The notes under the pieces were generated by a model, which saw nothing but the letters and a program-made list of their open reading frames with translations, was not told the DNA's origin and did no database searches. The translations under genes were made by a program, and so were the position numbers. Positions 28,816-37,468 of a stretch of 55,569 nt of DNA are shown in pieces (the first letter of the stretch is position 1; each line of letters opens with the position of its first letter). Source of the stretch: a virus (Duplodnaviria; Caudoviricetes); the IMG/VR virus record IMGVR_UViG_3300009068_002792, positions 1 through 55,569 of that record; one strand, 5' to 3'.

Positions 28816-30835
28816 TTCTTTTAGATATTCTACGACAAGCAAGTAAAGAAATCAAACCAATTCCAAATAATTGTATCGCAGATGGTTCTGGAACATTATC
28901 AACAACGCTAACTATTCCATCTGTTGCAAATGAACTAGTATTCCAACTTAAATCACTTGAATTTAAAGTTGGTAATGCAACTTGTAATTTTGTTATATCA
29001 AAATTTGTAGCATCAATACTTCCAAAATTAAATAGATCATATGAATCTCCACTAGAGAAATTATAAGTATCTAATACTTCAAATGTAAAGTTTGTACTTG
29101 CTCCAAGAGTTAATAAATTAGTAACATTGATGGCATCATAGGTAACTCCTCTTGTAGTGGGCGCGCCTATTTGGAATGCAAATGTTCCATTACTTCCATT
29201 TAAATCATAAGCGGTAAGCAGACCCGGACTATTGCCCGGAGCCACAATACCACCATTTAAAGTCAAGCCTTGTACGCTACCAGAGCCACCTAATGTACCT
29301 CCTGTATTTACTATAACATCTCCTGCGCGTCCATTTACGGAAAGTAAACTTCCATTAATTGTGGTACTTCCAATGGTGCCACCTAAATTTACTGTAGCTG
29401 TTCCAGCATTAACTATAGTTGTTCCAGCTGTACCAGAAACTAATAGAGTGCCACCTCCAACTGTTGTAGATCCAACTGTACCACCATTATCTACAAGTAA
29501 ATTTCCGCTATTTAGAGTTACTCCACCTGCAACTCCTTTGACTTGAAGAGTTCCTCCAGAAACTATAGCAGAACTTGATAATATAGAACCAGTTGTATTA
29601 ACTAGTAATTTTCCTTCTTGCACTGTTGTATCTCCATTATAAGAATTAACTCCTTCTAGAGTTACTGTTCCTAATCCTGTTTTTGTAAGCCCTCTGATTG
29701 CGGAACCAGTATTAAGCAAAGATCCTTTAAATAAGAAATCTCCAACACCTCCAACAACATTATAATCTGCTGTAGTAGATCCAACATCTAATGTGCCATC
29801 AAATTGCACTAGTAAGTTTGTGCTATTGTTGAACATTCTTCTACCACCACTATTACCAGTAGATACAGTTAATGTATTAGCAGAATTAGTAAATTGAAGC
29901 AATGTTTTACCTCCGCCATGATTCGTAAAATTCATATTATTACCTTGATACTGATTCATGATAAAAGTAGTAACAGCATCAGGATTTGATCCTAACAAAT
30001 CTAGCGTTCCCATCGTAGATAAACTAGTTGATCCCTTCAAACTACTAAGAGTAGATAAACCATTTGCAGTATTAATTTTTAATATAGGTACATTTGTTGT
30101 TCCACTTGCTCCACCTAATGTTACCAATCCTTGTCCAACACCAGTTCCACCATTTACATTAACAGTGCCACTTCCTGTTATATCAAAACCACCTCCACCA
30201 GAACCTCCAATTACGTTTGTACCATTAAATGTAATACTGCCATTACCTGTATAAATTACTTTAGCAGCAGGAGCTAAACTTGTACCATTGTTTATAAGAT
30301 TATTATTAAATATATATGCACCATCTCCAGCAAGAGTAAGAGTCCTAGAAGTACTAGATGCATCTGTGGTTAATCCTACTTGTTGATTAAACGTAAGACC
30401 TCCACCAGCAGCAGTAAACCAAGTATAATTACCACCGCTGTTATTAACTCGTAAATTAAAAGTTTGTATAGATGATGAAGCGTTAGTGATTCCGCCAGAT
30501 GCTATTTCAAGTAACTTACTGCTTGCAGTTGTAAATGTATAAGCATTTGCTCCACTAAAAAACTCAAGTTTTTGAGCTGTTCTTGTAGAAGTTAAATCTA
30601 CAGTATTAAAATTTGCACCATAGTTACTAAACTGAACAACATCTGTACCAGTTGTAGTGGTAGAGGTTGGTTGAGCGTTATTTGTCCAGCTAGTTGGAGA
30701 TGTCCATTGCGTGCCAGTATTATTCCATAAGAAATTTACTGCTTGTGATTCTTGGACGGCTCCAGACATTAAAAAAGCCGCAATTAATTTTGCGGCTGTG
30801 CTTCTTAGTAACCCTTTTAGTAGGTTTATTTTCAT
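28808..30835 (-). CDS. PEP-CTERM surface protein with autotransporter-associated beta-strand repeats
   Basis: Signal peptide (...QESQA), GLTKTGLGTVTLEGVNSYNGDTTVQEGKL repeat, GGTLGGSG, VAPGNSPG, C-terminal VPEPS + TM + RR..KR. Confidence 0.92.
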   Translation of the reverse strand: MKINLLKGLLRSTAAKLIAAFLMSGAVQESQAVNFLWNNTGTQWTSPTSWTNNAQPTSTTTTGTDVVQFSNYGANFNTVDLTSTRTAQKLEFFSGANAYTFTTASSKLLEIASGGITNASSSIQTFNLRVNNSGGNYTWFTAAGGGLTFNQQVGLTTDASSTSRTLTLAGDGAYIFNNNLINNGTSLAPAAKVIYTGNGSITFNGTNVIGGSGGGGFDITGSGTVNVNGGTGVGQGLVTLGGASGTTNVPILKINTANGLSTLSSLKGSTSLSTMGTLDLLGSNPDAVTTFIMNQYQGNNMNFTNHGGGKTLLQFTNSANTLTVSTGNSGGRRMFNNSTNLLVQFDGTLDVGSTTADYNVVGGVGDFLFKGSLLNTGSAIRGLTKTGLGTVTLEGVNSYNGDTTVQEGKLLVNTTGSILSSSAIVSGGTLQVKGVAGGVTLNSGNLLVDNGGTVGSTTVGGGTLLVSGTAGTTIVNAGTATVNLGGTIGSTTINGSLLSVNGRAGDVIVNTGGTLGGSGSVQGLTLNGGIVAPGNSPGLLTAYDLNGSNGTFAFQIGAPTTRGVTYDAINVTNLLTLGASTNFTFEVLDTYNFSSGDSYDLFNFGSIDATNFDITKLQVALPTLNSSDLSWNTSSFATDGIVSVVDNVPEPSAIQLFGIGLISLLACRRISKRNG

Positions 30836-30844
30836 ATTATTAGT

Positions 30845-31375
30845 TTACTCCTTCTTGTCTTCATCTAAATGTATAGACACCTCTTTATAAGTTTTGTTCA
30901 TTTTATTTTTCTTTGTTTTTTGAACATATGTCCAATCATTTAACATAAAATCCTCTATTACTATTATAGGGTAAGTTTTGTTTATATACAATCTTATTTT
31001 TTCTTTGTATCTTTTTCTATCTCCAATTTTGCATACAGGAGATGTGCCCCAATTAGGATCGTACATCCATAAGTTATTATTATACTCAAAAACGCAAACT
31101 GCATGACCAAGTATAGCTTCTTTGTCATCTTTATAACCAAATGTAAAACCATAAACACTATTCCAAGAATCAGAACTACTTATTAAAAGAAGATTACATC
31201 TAGAGGCATATATCATTGAATCAACAAAACAAGAATTAGGAAGATTTGTTATTGAGTTATATTTCTTTAATTCAAAACCAATTTTTAAACAGGCGACCCA
31301 AGATACGATTAATGCTAACCCAACAGATATTGTTTTCGATTTCCAATTCCAAAGTTTATTCTTCTCTTTGAGCAT
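30845..31375 (-). CDS. Membrane-anchored transglutaminase-like/papain-fold cysteine peptidase candidate
   Basis: N-terminal TM, then NSCFVDS, GHAVCVF, MYDPN (ordered Cys-His-Asp). Confidence 0.55.
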   Translation of the reverse strand: MLKEKNKLWNWKSKTISVGLALIVSWVACLKIGFELKKYNSITNLPNSCFVDSMIYASRCNLLLISSSDSWNSVYGFTFGYKDDKEAILGHAVCVFEYNNNLWMYDPNWGTSPVCKIGDRKRYKEKIRLYINKTYPIIVIEDFMLNDWTYVQKTKKNKMNKTYKEVSIHLDEDKKE

Positions 31376-32465
31376 CCTCGTTTATTTTTCTTAACTGAAT
31401 CTCTGTTTTACCAATCATGTCACCTTTTTTCCAAGATGAGCCATCATTACTGCATTCATAAATTACTGCATAACCCATATCTTCTGGAAGATCTCTAATT
31501 TCTTTAACTTCACCTTCGCTACCATAATGCTTGCAATATGGATTAATATTTCTGACTTTATCGCCTACTTTGAAAATTGAATTTGATTGAGTATATTCGT
31601 TAATTGGAGTTGACCAATTATTTGTTTTTTTAGATTCCTTAGAAACATAATCATCAATTGGCCCTGTCATTTGAGCTACAGATTCATCTTCTTTATTAAA
31701 CATAACAAAATTATGAATTGTAATCATATAATCTTCGGCCAGAGCAGCCATTTGTTGTAAGAATGGTTCTGTAAGATTTTCTTTTACCATTGGGTCATTG
31801 AGTTTATCTAAAATATTTTTTGCATGTTGTTGAATTGAATTAATTGAACCAACTATCATTTCATAAAAATCTTCTTTATATTCTTGCAATTCTTCTTCTG
31901 GAGTTTCTGGCATTTCTTCAGCTTGAGCAAGAGTTGGATCTAATTTTAAAAGTTCAGCTTGATCAAATTCTGTTTCACCATCCCATTCGTATTCTTCTGC
32001 TTGAGCTTTTTTAAGTGCCTCTGGACTTGGACGATCTGGTGATCCAACTGGTGCTGGGCGATAATTTTTGCCCATTCTTTTTTTCTTTTGTTGAATATTG
32101 TACCAAAGACCTTTATTTTTAGCTTGGATATCAGCTTCTAAGGTTATCTCTTCTTCACTTCCAGTAATTTTGCTAACTGGTTTTGCACTCCACATTTTGC
32201 AAGACCAATAATTAGCTTTATATTTTGGGCCGGGATTGTCACAACCATGCCTTGATCTATAAGCTTTGCGTCTAGCTGGATTATCTCTTTTAATAGACAT
32301 ATTTGGATCGCCAAAAGTAACTTTTACAATATTACCTTTATCATTCTTGACGTAAACGCCAAATTTCTTTTTACTTCCAGAAGGAAGACGAAATGGTTTA
32401 TTAAGTGGCGCTTTGCCTTTTTTGGCTGTTATTTGAGAACTAAAATCTATCTCTAGTTCTTTCAT
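31356..32465 (-). CDS. Multidomain phage protein (DUF6321-like N-terminus, KOW/SH3-like C-terminus)
   Basis: LNKPFR...KKFGVYVK...VKVTFGD...RRKAYRSRHGC...ANYWSC; FKVGDKVRN...HYGSEGEV. Confidence 0.7.
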   Translation of the reverse strand: MKELEIDFSSQITAKKGKAPLNKPFRLPSGSKKKFGVYVKNDKGNIVKVTFGDPNMSIKRDNPARRKAYRSRHGCDNPGPKYKANYWSCKMWSAKPVSKITGSEEEITLEADIQAKNKGLWYNIQQKKKRMGKNYRPAPVGSPDRPSPEALKKAQAEEYEWDGETEFDQAELLKLDPTLAQAEEMPETPEEELQEYKEDFYEMIVGSINSIQQHAKNILDKLNDPMVKENLTEPFLQQMAALAEDYMITIHNFVMFNKEDESVAQMTGPIDDYVSKESKKTNNWSTPINEYTQSNSIFKVGDKVRNINPYCKHYGSEGEVKEIRDLPEDMGYAVIYECSNDGSSWKKGDMIGKTEIQLRKINEDAQREE

Positions 32466-32469
32466 AAGA

Positions 32470-32769
32470 TTATAATGCTACACCAGATTCAACGTAGTAG
32501 AAAATTGAAGTCGAATCATTTGCTGATGAAAAGATATGTTTATTTCCAGTTATTGGTATTGTTGCTGGAAAACTAGCATTGCCTGCACCAACATAGGCTA
32601 TTACTGAACCATTATTATTGTTTTCTTTTAATGTTGTATTAATATGAGTATTTACCCCTAGTAAATAAGTTATTGTGTTTGAGCCTTGTCCAGATAATAC
32701 TACTCCAGATAATACTTGGCTTGCTACTGATGCTATGTTTTCAAATCCTGCTTCTCTAAAAAGTTTCAT
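32470..32769 (-). CDS. Small beta-rich protein, possibly virion; paralog of 32789-33085
   Basis: MKLFREAGFENI...IFYY; GTGTAA 13 nt upstream. Confidence 0.65.
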   Translation of the reverse strand: MKLFREAGFENIASVASQVLSGVVLSGQGSNTITYLLGVNTHINTTLKENNNNGSVIAYVGAGNASFPATIPITGNKHIFSSANDSTSIFYYVESGVAL

Positions 32770-32788
32770 AAATTTATATTATTTACAC

Positions 32789-33085
32789 TTAAACAACGTC
32801 TATGTAATAAAAAACTGTTGCACCAGTACCATTACCAATAAGATGAACTGCTGTATTTTCTTTAACTTTTACTGTAGCTGAAAAATCAGCTATTCCTGCG
32901 TTAGATGTAACTATAAGTGCTCCAGAAGCATTAGTTTCAGTTAATCTAATGTCATCATAACTAGAAGTCCCAAGTATATGTATGCTTAGTCCTGCTCCGG
33001 GTGCAGGGATAATAACTCCGTCAGCTAAAATAGATGCTGTTAAAGATATATTTTCAAAACCTGTATATCTATAAAGTTTAGGCAT
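32789..33085 (-). CDS. Small beta-rich protein, possibly virion; paralog of 32470-32769
   Basis: MPKLYRYTGFENI...VFYY; GTGTAA 8 nt upstream. Confidence 0.65.
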   Translation of the reverse strand: MPKLYRYTGFENISLTASILADGVIIPAPGAGLSIHILGTSSYDDIRLTETNASGALIVTSNAGIADFSATVKVKENTAVHLIGNGTGATVFYYIDVV

Positions 33086-33129
33086 AATAATTATTACACT
33101 TTAAAATATAAAGTTAAGACTATAATAAA

Positions 33130-33903
33130 TTAATTATTAATTTCAAATAAATAATCTAAAAATGAACCTTTATTGGGATGAATATTCTTATTTATCTCTT
33201 TTGAGAGTATTTCGTTCCATAAATGACATACATACGAATCTTTAACTAAAGATTTTAAAGACTTTGTATATCTTGGATTATTCATTAATCTTGTTTGAGT
33301 ATAATGAATGGGATAAAATGTGTTCTTATTTAGAACCTCTTTTAATAAGTTATTTTTAGTAAACCAATTGGTTAGTAATCTAGGGCATAAATCACCCCAT
33401 ATTAAATTAACTTTATTATTTGTAATATTTTTTTGTTCTGAAACTAAATCTAAACCAATTTTATTGTCTATGAAATTTAAGCAAGCGCCATTCAAAAAAT
33501 TAGAATCTTCCCATGCTACTATAATTTTTTTATCTTTTTTTAGTTGTTTAAATTTTTTTTCGTTTTTTAAACATATGCAATCAATATCAAACCACCATTC
33601 CCCATTTCTTTCTGATAATAATTTAAATCTAAATACATCAGAAAATGGCGCCAAGTGATTATATTTATGTAAATCCGTCTTAGGTGAATGACCAGAAAAA
33701 GGTGCCAAATAGTTATATTTATGTAAATCTACTTTAGGTAAAATTTTTTCTGCATCCATAAGTTCAATCCCATTTGGTAAATCAAGCTTATCATAACTCC
33801 ATACTCTAACTATAAAATTGTTTAATAAAAATGATTTTAATGATAATTGTTCGTATATAGATAACGAATTTCCTGCCCAAAAAAAGTTTGCAATTTCACT
33901 CAT
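33130..33903 (-). CDS. Glycosyltransferase family 32-like (DxD)
   Basis: FFW.G..LS.YE.LSLKSF, FSDVFRF.LL...G.WWFDIDCICLK, CHLWNE. Confidence 0.8.
   Translation of the reverse strand: MSEIANFFWAGNSLSIYEQLSLKSFLLNNFIVRVWSYDKLDLPNGIELMDAEKILPKVDLHKYNYLAPFSGHSPKTDLHKYNHLAPFSDVFRFKLLSERNGEWWFDIDCICLKNEKKFKQLKKDKKIIVAWEDSNFLNGACLNFIDNKIGLDLVSEQKNITNNKVNLIWGDLCPRLLTNWFTKNNLLKEVLNKNTFYPIHYTQTRLMNNPRYTKSLKSLVKDSYVCHLWNEILSKEINKNIHPNKGSFLDYLFEINN
33639..33739. repeat. Imperfect 54 bp in-frame tandem duplication in the GT32 gene
   Basis: Encodes PKVDLHKYNYLAPFS / PKTDLHKYNHLAPFS. Confidence 0.85.
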
Positions 33904-33920
33904 TTTATAAATGAGCTATA

Positions 33921-34346
33921 TTAGCGCTGGATTATTCTAGCGTTTTCAACCCTAGCTCTTAGTTCACTTGATGAAAATACATGCTTTCTTTTATGGTAGT
34001 GTATTTCAATGCCGTTGTCTAAGCAGTATTGCTTTGCTGTAAATTCTTTATTAATATATTCTTCGCTCAAGAATCTGATGTCTATTTTTTGAGTTTTAAT
34101 TAATTGTTCGAGATCATATTCAGTATTATATAATAAAATTTCATCAACATACTTACAAGCCTGTAATTGAACATATCTTTCGTAAACGCTTTGAACTGGT
34201 TTATTCTTAACATCTGGCCTATCAATTGTTGGATCAATTTGTAATCCTACTTTCAAGTAATCGCATAAATCTTTTTCCATTCTTAACATTGTGACATGGC
34301 CAGCATGAAACAAATCGAAGCTACTGCAATTAAAACCTATTTTCAT
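33921..34346 (-). CDS. Cytidylyltransferase (glycerol-3-phosphate CTase/TagD-like)
   Basis: SSFDLFHAGH (HxGH), KPVQSVYER, YVDEI, FSSSELR. Confidence 0.88.
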   Translation of the reverse strand: MKIGFNCSSFDLFHAGHVTMLRMEKDLCDYLKVGLQIDPTIDRPDVKNKPVQSVYERYVQLQACKYVDEILLYNTEYDLEQLIKTQKIDIRFLSEEYINKEFTAKQYCLDNGIEIHYHKRKHVFSSSELRARVENARIIQR

Positions 34347-34358
34347 AATATATTATAT

Positions 34359-34985
34359 TTAAATTTTCTTATTATTTCTATCTGAAATTGATTCACCAAA
34401 AGTAAAAGGAAGAACTATTGGTCTATAAATTTTTAAATTTACAGATTCAATTGTAAGTTTTAATATATTTTCAGTCATCCAACTATCAGGACCTTCTTTA
34501 GGAAAAAAAAATAAATTCCTCCAAGCATTTTGAAGGAATTTTGTTTTATGTATAATTGGCATATATATTACTGCGTGTGACCCAAAGAATGGTTTGTCTA
34601 CTTGAGTCCAAGATTGTATTCTTTCTGGCAGTTCCCATCCTATAGCGCTTCCCCAAGGATGATCGCCTCCTCCAAGTAATATGATTCCACAATCTTCTGG
34701 CGGATTGCCTAAAGATAAAAATTGTTTATATTTTTGTTTATCAATAACAGCATCATCCTCAAGAACAAGAAGTGGTTTATCTGTATTTGATTTTTCTACT
34801 GCCATTAAATGCGAAGCTGAACATCCTGCGCCAAAATTACAATTCTCATTTGGCATATTCGCATTCTTTGCTGTGATTGCATCTAATATTTTTATTCTAA
34901 TAAAATAATCTTTAATATCATCAATGAATTTTTGCCTATCAGTTCTTTCTGGTCTATGTATAATTGTTGGGATTAAATTTTTCAT
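34359..34985 (-). CDS. Glycosyltransferase family 25-like
   Basis: R.DR, GCSASH, LVLEDDA, GSHA..Y. Confidence 0.7.
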   Translation of the reverse strand: MKNLIPTIIHRPERTDRQKFIDDIKDYFIRIKILDAITAKNANMPNENCNFGAGCSASHLMAVEKSNTDKPLLVLEDDAVIDKQKYKQFLSLGNPPEDCGIILLGGGDHPWGSAIGWELPERIQSWTQVDKPFFGSHAVIYMPIIHKTKFLQNAWRNLFFFPKEGPDSWMTENILKLTIESVNLKIYRPIVLPFTFGESISDRNNKKI

Positions 34986-35533
34986 TTTTTAATTTGATTT
35001 ATAAAATCAACCATTTGATCTTTCGTAAAATCATTTTTCATTACATTAACGCAATAACATACAAACTCAACATTGCCTACAATATATCCTTTATTTGGAT
35101 CAATTCTATCGAGGCTTGCTTTTGTAGGAGTTTTCTTAATATCTTCATCTCCGCTTGTTCTGCTTAATTCCATCTGTATTTTTGTATATGGACAAGTTCC
35201 ATTTTGTTTATCCCAAATTTCTTTTAAATATTCTGTGGTTAAATCTGTTATGTATCCTTTTTGTTTACTTCGTGATCTTGCTTTATTTGCATGATACTTA
35301 AATGGACTATATTGATCTAACCTATTAGCTTCATGTCCTTTTAGTAAAGATATATTACCTTTATTTTTTTCTAGTTTACTTGGATTGTTTTTATAATCAG
35401 CTTTTCCAGAACATTTTAAACTGCAATAAAATTTATTTTGACCAACTTTAATTTTTCTATTGTAATCACTCTGTCTTATTTCATGTTCATTACTGCAAGT
35501 AGCGCAAATTATTTTTGTATTTTTTATACTCAT
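34982..35533 (-). CDS. HNH-type (His-Me finger) homing endonuclease with N-terminal Zn ribbon
   Basis: CATC...FYCSLKC; Q.G.CPYT...ASLDRID...GY..GNV.FVC..VN.MK. Confidence 0.8.
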   Translation of the reverse strand: MSIKNTKIICATCSNEHEIRQSDYNRKIKVGQNKFYCSLKCSGKADYKNNPSKLEKNKGNISLLKGHEANRLDQYSPFKYHANKARSRSKQKGYITDLTTEYLKEIWDKQNGTCPYTKIQMELSRTSGDEDIKKTPTKASLDRIDPNKGYIVGNVEFVCYCVNVMKNDFTKDQMVDFINQIKK

Positions 35534-35599
35534 ATTAAGATCATACATGATACTGATCTAATTGTCTAATAAAAATGCAGACAGAGGGATTCGTTTACT

Positions 35600-35989
35600 T
35601 GGACCCGGAAGGAGTTGAACCTTCGTGTTTTAAAAATCTAAATTAAAATACTACAAGTTTAGTTCTTTTTGTTTTTTAGCTTTGTATAGATATAAGAACA
35701 AACATACTCAGCGTATTCTATCTTGAATATTATTACTTAAAGAACAGAAAAACTATTAAATAATAAACATCTAATTACGCAATATTCCAGTAGATGCGTC
35801 GTGGATATCACGCTGTAGAACTTAGGCTACAGAAGCGGTCATCTCAACAAGAGAAACTCTTGCAGAAATATGACCTTTATATTTTGCTGTTTTGGCAGTT
35901 AATATAAATGAAACTTTTTTAGGAGTCCTCGATTCAACCTCCACTTGCATTTTAATTTATTTTCTTAAAATCGAAACCAGTACGGGCCA
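35600..35989 (-). ncRNA. ssrA: tmRNA (one-piece)
   Basis: 5' TGGCCCGTACTGGTTTCGA, TGCAAGT...ACTTGTA P2 pairing, resume context TAACT-GCC, tag AKTAKYKGHISARVSLVEMTASVA*, T-arm GAAGG-TTCAACT-CCTTC, 3' CGGGTCCA with G3-U70. Confidence 0.92.
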
Positions 35990-36009
35990 AATAAGAAAGA
36001 ACTAATAGA

Positions 36010-36038
36010 ATTATAATATAATATTATTAAAAAATCAA
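36010..36038 (-). promoter_or_regulatory. sigma70-type promoter for tmRNA
   Basis: TTGATT-17 nt-TATAAT, ~20 nt upstream of the tmRNA 5' end. Confidence 0.6.
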
Positions 36039-36082
36039 ATATATTTAATGGATTTTATTTGTTTAAAATATATAATATATAA

Positions 36083-36514
36083 ATGTATACTGTAGAAAAA
36101 ATTCATAAATACTTAAGGGTTTTAGTAGGAGTGGATGAATCATTTCAAATTCTTACGAAAAATTTTCCAGATTTATTAGAGGATCTTGTATCTGCAAAAA
36201 ATAGTTCATCTTGTTCTTGCAATGATAGAGTAATACAAGGTTTGACACAAAAATATCAAGAGAATGACGAAGCAAGAATGATAATTGATGATATATTTTC
36301 TAGAGTAAAAATTGTTAAAGCTATAAAAGCTTGGGATGAAATGATGGAAGGATTGGAAAATCAAGAGAAAGAAATTTTTGAAAAAGTACATAAAGTAGGC
36401 AAAACAAGCGAAGATTGGAAAGCTTTCCGCAAAATGGTGAAAGCTTCAAGTGTAAATATTCAAGGGTTTTCTGTGATAGAAAAGAAAGATAGACTTGAAG
36501 TAAGATTCATTTAA
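36083..36514 (+). CDS. Hypothetical protein
   Basis: 143 aa ORF with a CSC motif. Confidence 0.7.
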   Translation: MYTVEKIHKYLRVLVGVDESFQILTKNFPDLLEDLVSAKNSSSCSCNDRVIQGLTQKYQENDEARMIIDDIFSRVKIVKAIKAWDEMMEGLENQEKEIFEKVHKVGKTSEDWKAFRKMVKASSVNIQGFSVIEKKDRLEVRFI

Positions 36515-36707
36515 GTTTTTCAGCGTCTCGTTTATAAACGAAATTAAATTTAACTCTTGCGCCATTAATATCTGAAATTAATTGAGGTATGGCGATACAT
36601 GGATACTCGTTTGGTTCATCATAAATATTCTCATTAGAGATATTATAATGCTTTACGCACTTACTAGCGTAAACTGTCCATCTGGCTTTATTTTTAATAA
36701 TTTCCAT
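36507..36707 (-). CDS. Hypothetical protein
   Basis: 66 aa ORF with P.EYPCIA motif. Confidence 0.6.
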   Translation of the reverse strand: MEIIKNKARWTVYASKCVKHYNISNENIYDEPNEYPCIAIPQLISDINGARVKFNFVYKRDAEKLK

Positions 36708-36729
36708 TTCTATGTATTATAAATAAAAT

Positions 36730-36758
36730 TTGACAAAAAAGCAAACTTAATATAATAT
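36730..36758 (+). promoter_or_regulatory. sigma70-type promoter pointing into a non-coding region
   Basis: TTGACA-17 nt-TAATAT with no credible plus-strand ORF downstream. Confidence 0.6.
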
Positions 36759-36764
36759 AAGTTA

Positions 36765-37072
36765 ACATAGTTCCCAATTAGAGCAGTTTGTTGATGTCAA
36801 AAAATCAACTATCAATCCTTGAGATAGCAACGTCCCAAGGGCTGACGACTATTAAAACCTTTATATGTACATTATATGGCTAATAAAGGGAATGTAGCTA
36901 TAGGCATCGCAGAATGTAGTGATCGAAGCTACCTCTGATCCGTAAGTGCGATGGCCCGTTTACTGCTGAGATCGCAGTAAAATTTGGAGTCAAAAGAAAA
37001 GTTGGATTGATAATACTTAACTTCGGATATATTACATCTGGAGGTAAAGCCCTTTTGGATATCAAAGAAAAG
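36765..37072 (+). ncRNA. Candidate structured ncRNA of unrecognised family
   Basis: GC-enriched relative to its flanks, with multiple hairpins and long-range helices (see findings); lies downstream of a promoter. Confidence 0.6.
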
Positions 37073-37100
37073 TTATAATAATAAGAATACAATACTATAA

Positions 37101-37439
37101 TTAGTTCTTATTATTTTTATTAAAATGATTCTGTATTATATCAAAGTTACGATCTAATTTAGCTTCTATTCTATCAAAGTAATCATCAAAAGATTCTTTA
37201 GTTACATAAGTAGTTGAAATTTTTAATGCTAAATCTGAAATTTCTTGTTGATGTTTTCTACTTTCTGATTCCATTTCTTTTCTTAAAGTTATGAAGTCAC
37301 TAAAAGTTTTGTCGTTAATTTCTTTCATAAGATTCTCTTGTTTATCAAAAAGTGAGAATACTCTAGTAAATAACCATCCTCCAAGAAAGGATAGCGCTCC
37401 TAAAATCAAATTAAATAATAGTGTAATATCTAAATTCAC
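37101..37439 (-). CDS. Single-TM coiled-coil protein (holin/anti-holin-like architecture)
   Basis: N-terminal TM, ..TYVTKESF...FDRIEAKLD; GTGTAA 8 nt upstream. Confidence 0.6.
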   Translation of the reverse strand: MNLDITLLFNLILGALSFLGGWLFTRVFSLFDKQENLMKEINDKTFSDFITLRKEMESESRKHQQEISDLALKISTTYVTKESFDDYFDRIEAKLDRNFDIIQNHFNKNNKN

Positions 37440-37468
37440 ATAGATAATTACACATTAATATATAATTA

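Noticed and set aside
1511-35294. Numerous short plus-strand ORFs in the ORF track (e.g. 1511, 2376, 6444, 13684, 26110, 29232, 33320, 35073)
   Set aside because: Antisense shadows of well-supported minus-strand genes
36842-36900. Hammerhead ribozyme core (CTGACGA)
   Set aside because: No stem II followed by GAAA and no suitable stem III/cleavage triplet found
36898-37092. 64 aa minus-strand ORF in the ncRNA candidate
   Set aside because: TTG start, no recognisable motif, atypical composition; base-pairing explains the region better
37421-37426. Plus-strand GTGTAA inside the 37101-37439 gene
   Set aside because: No start codon 7-9 nt downstream; treated as chance or antisense and not counted
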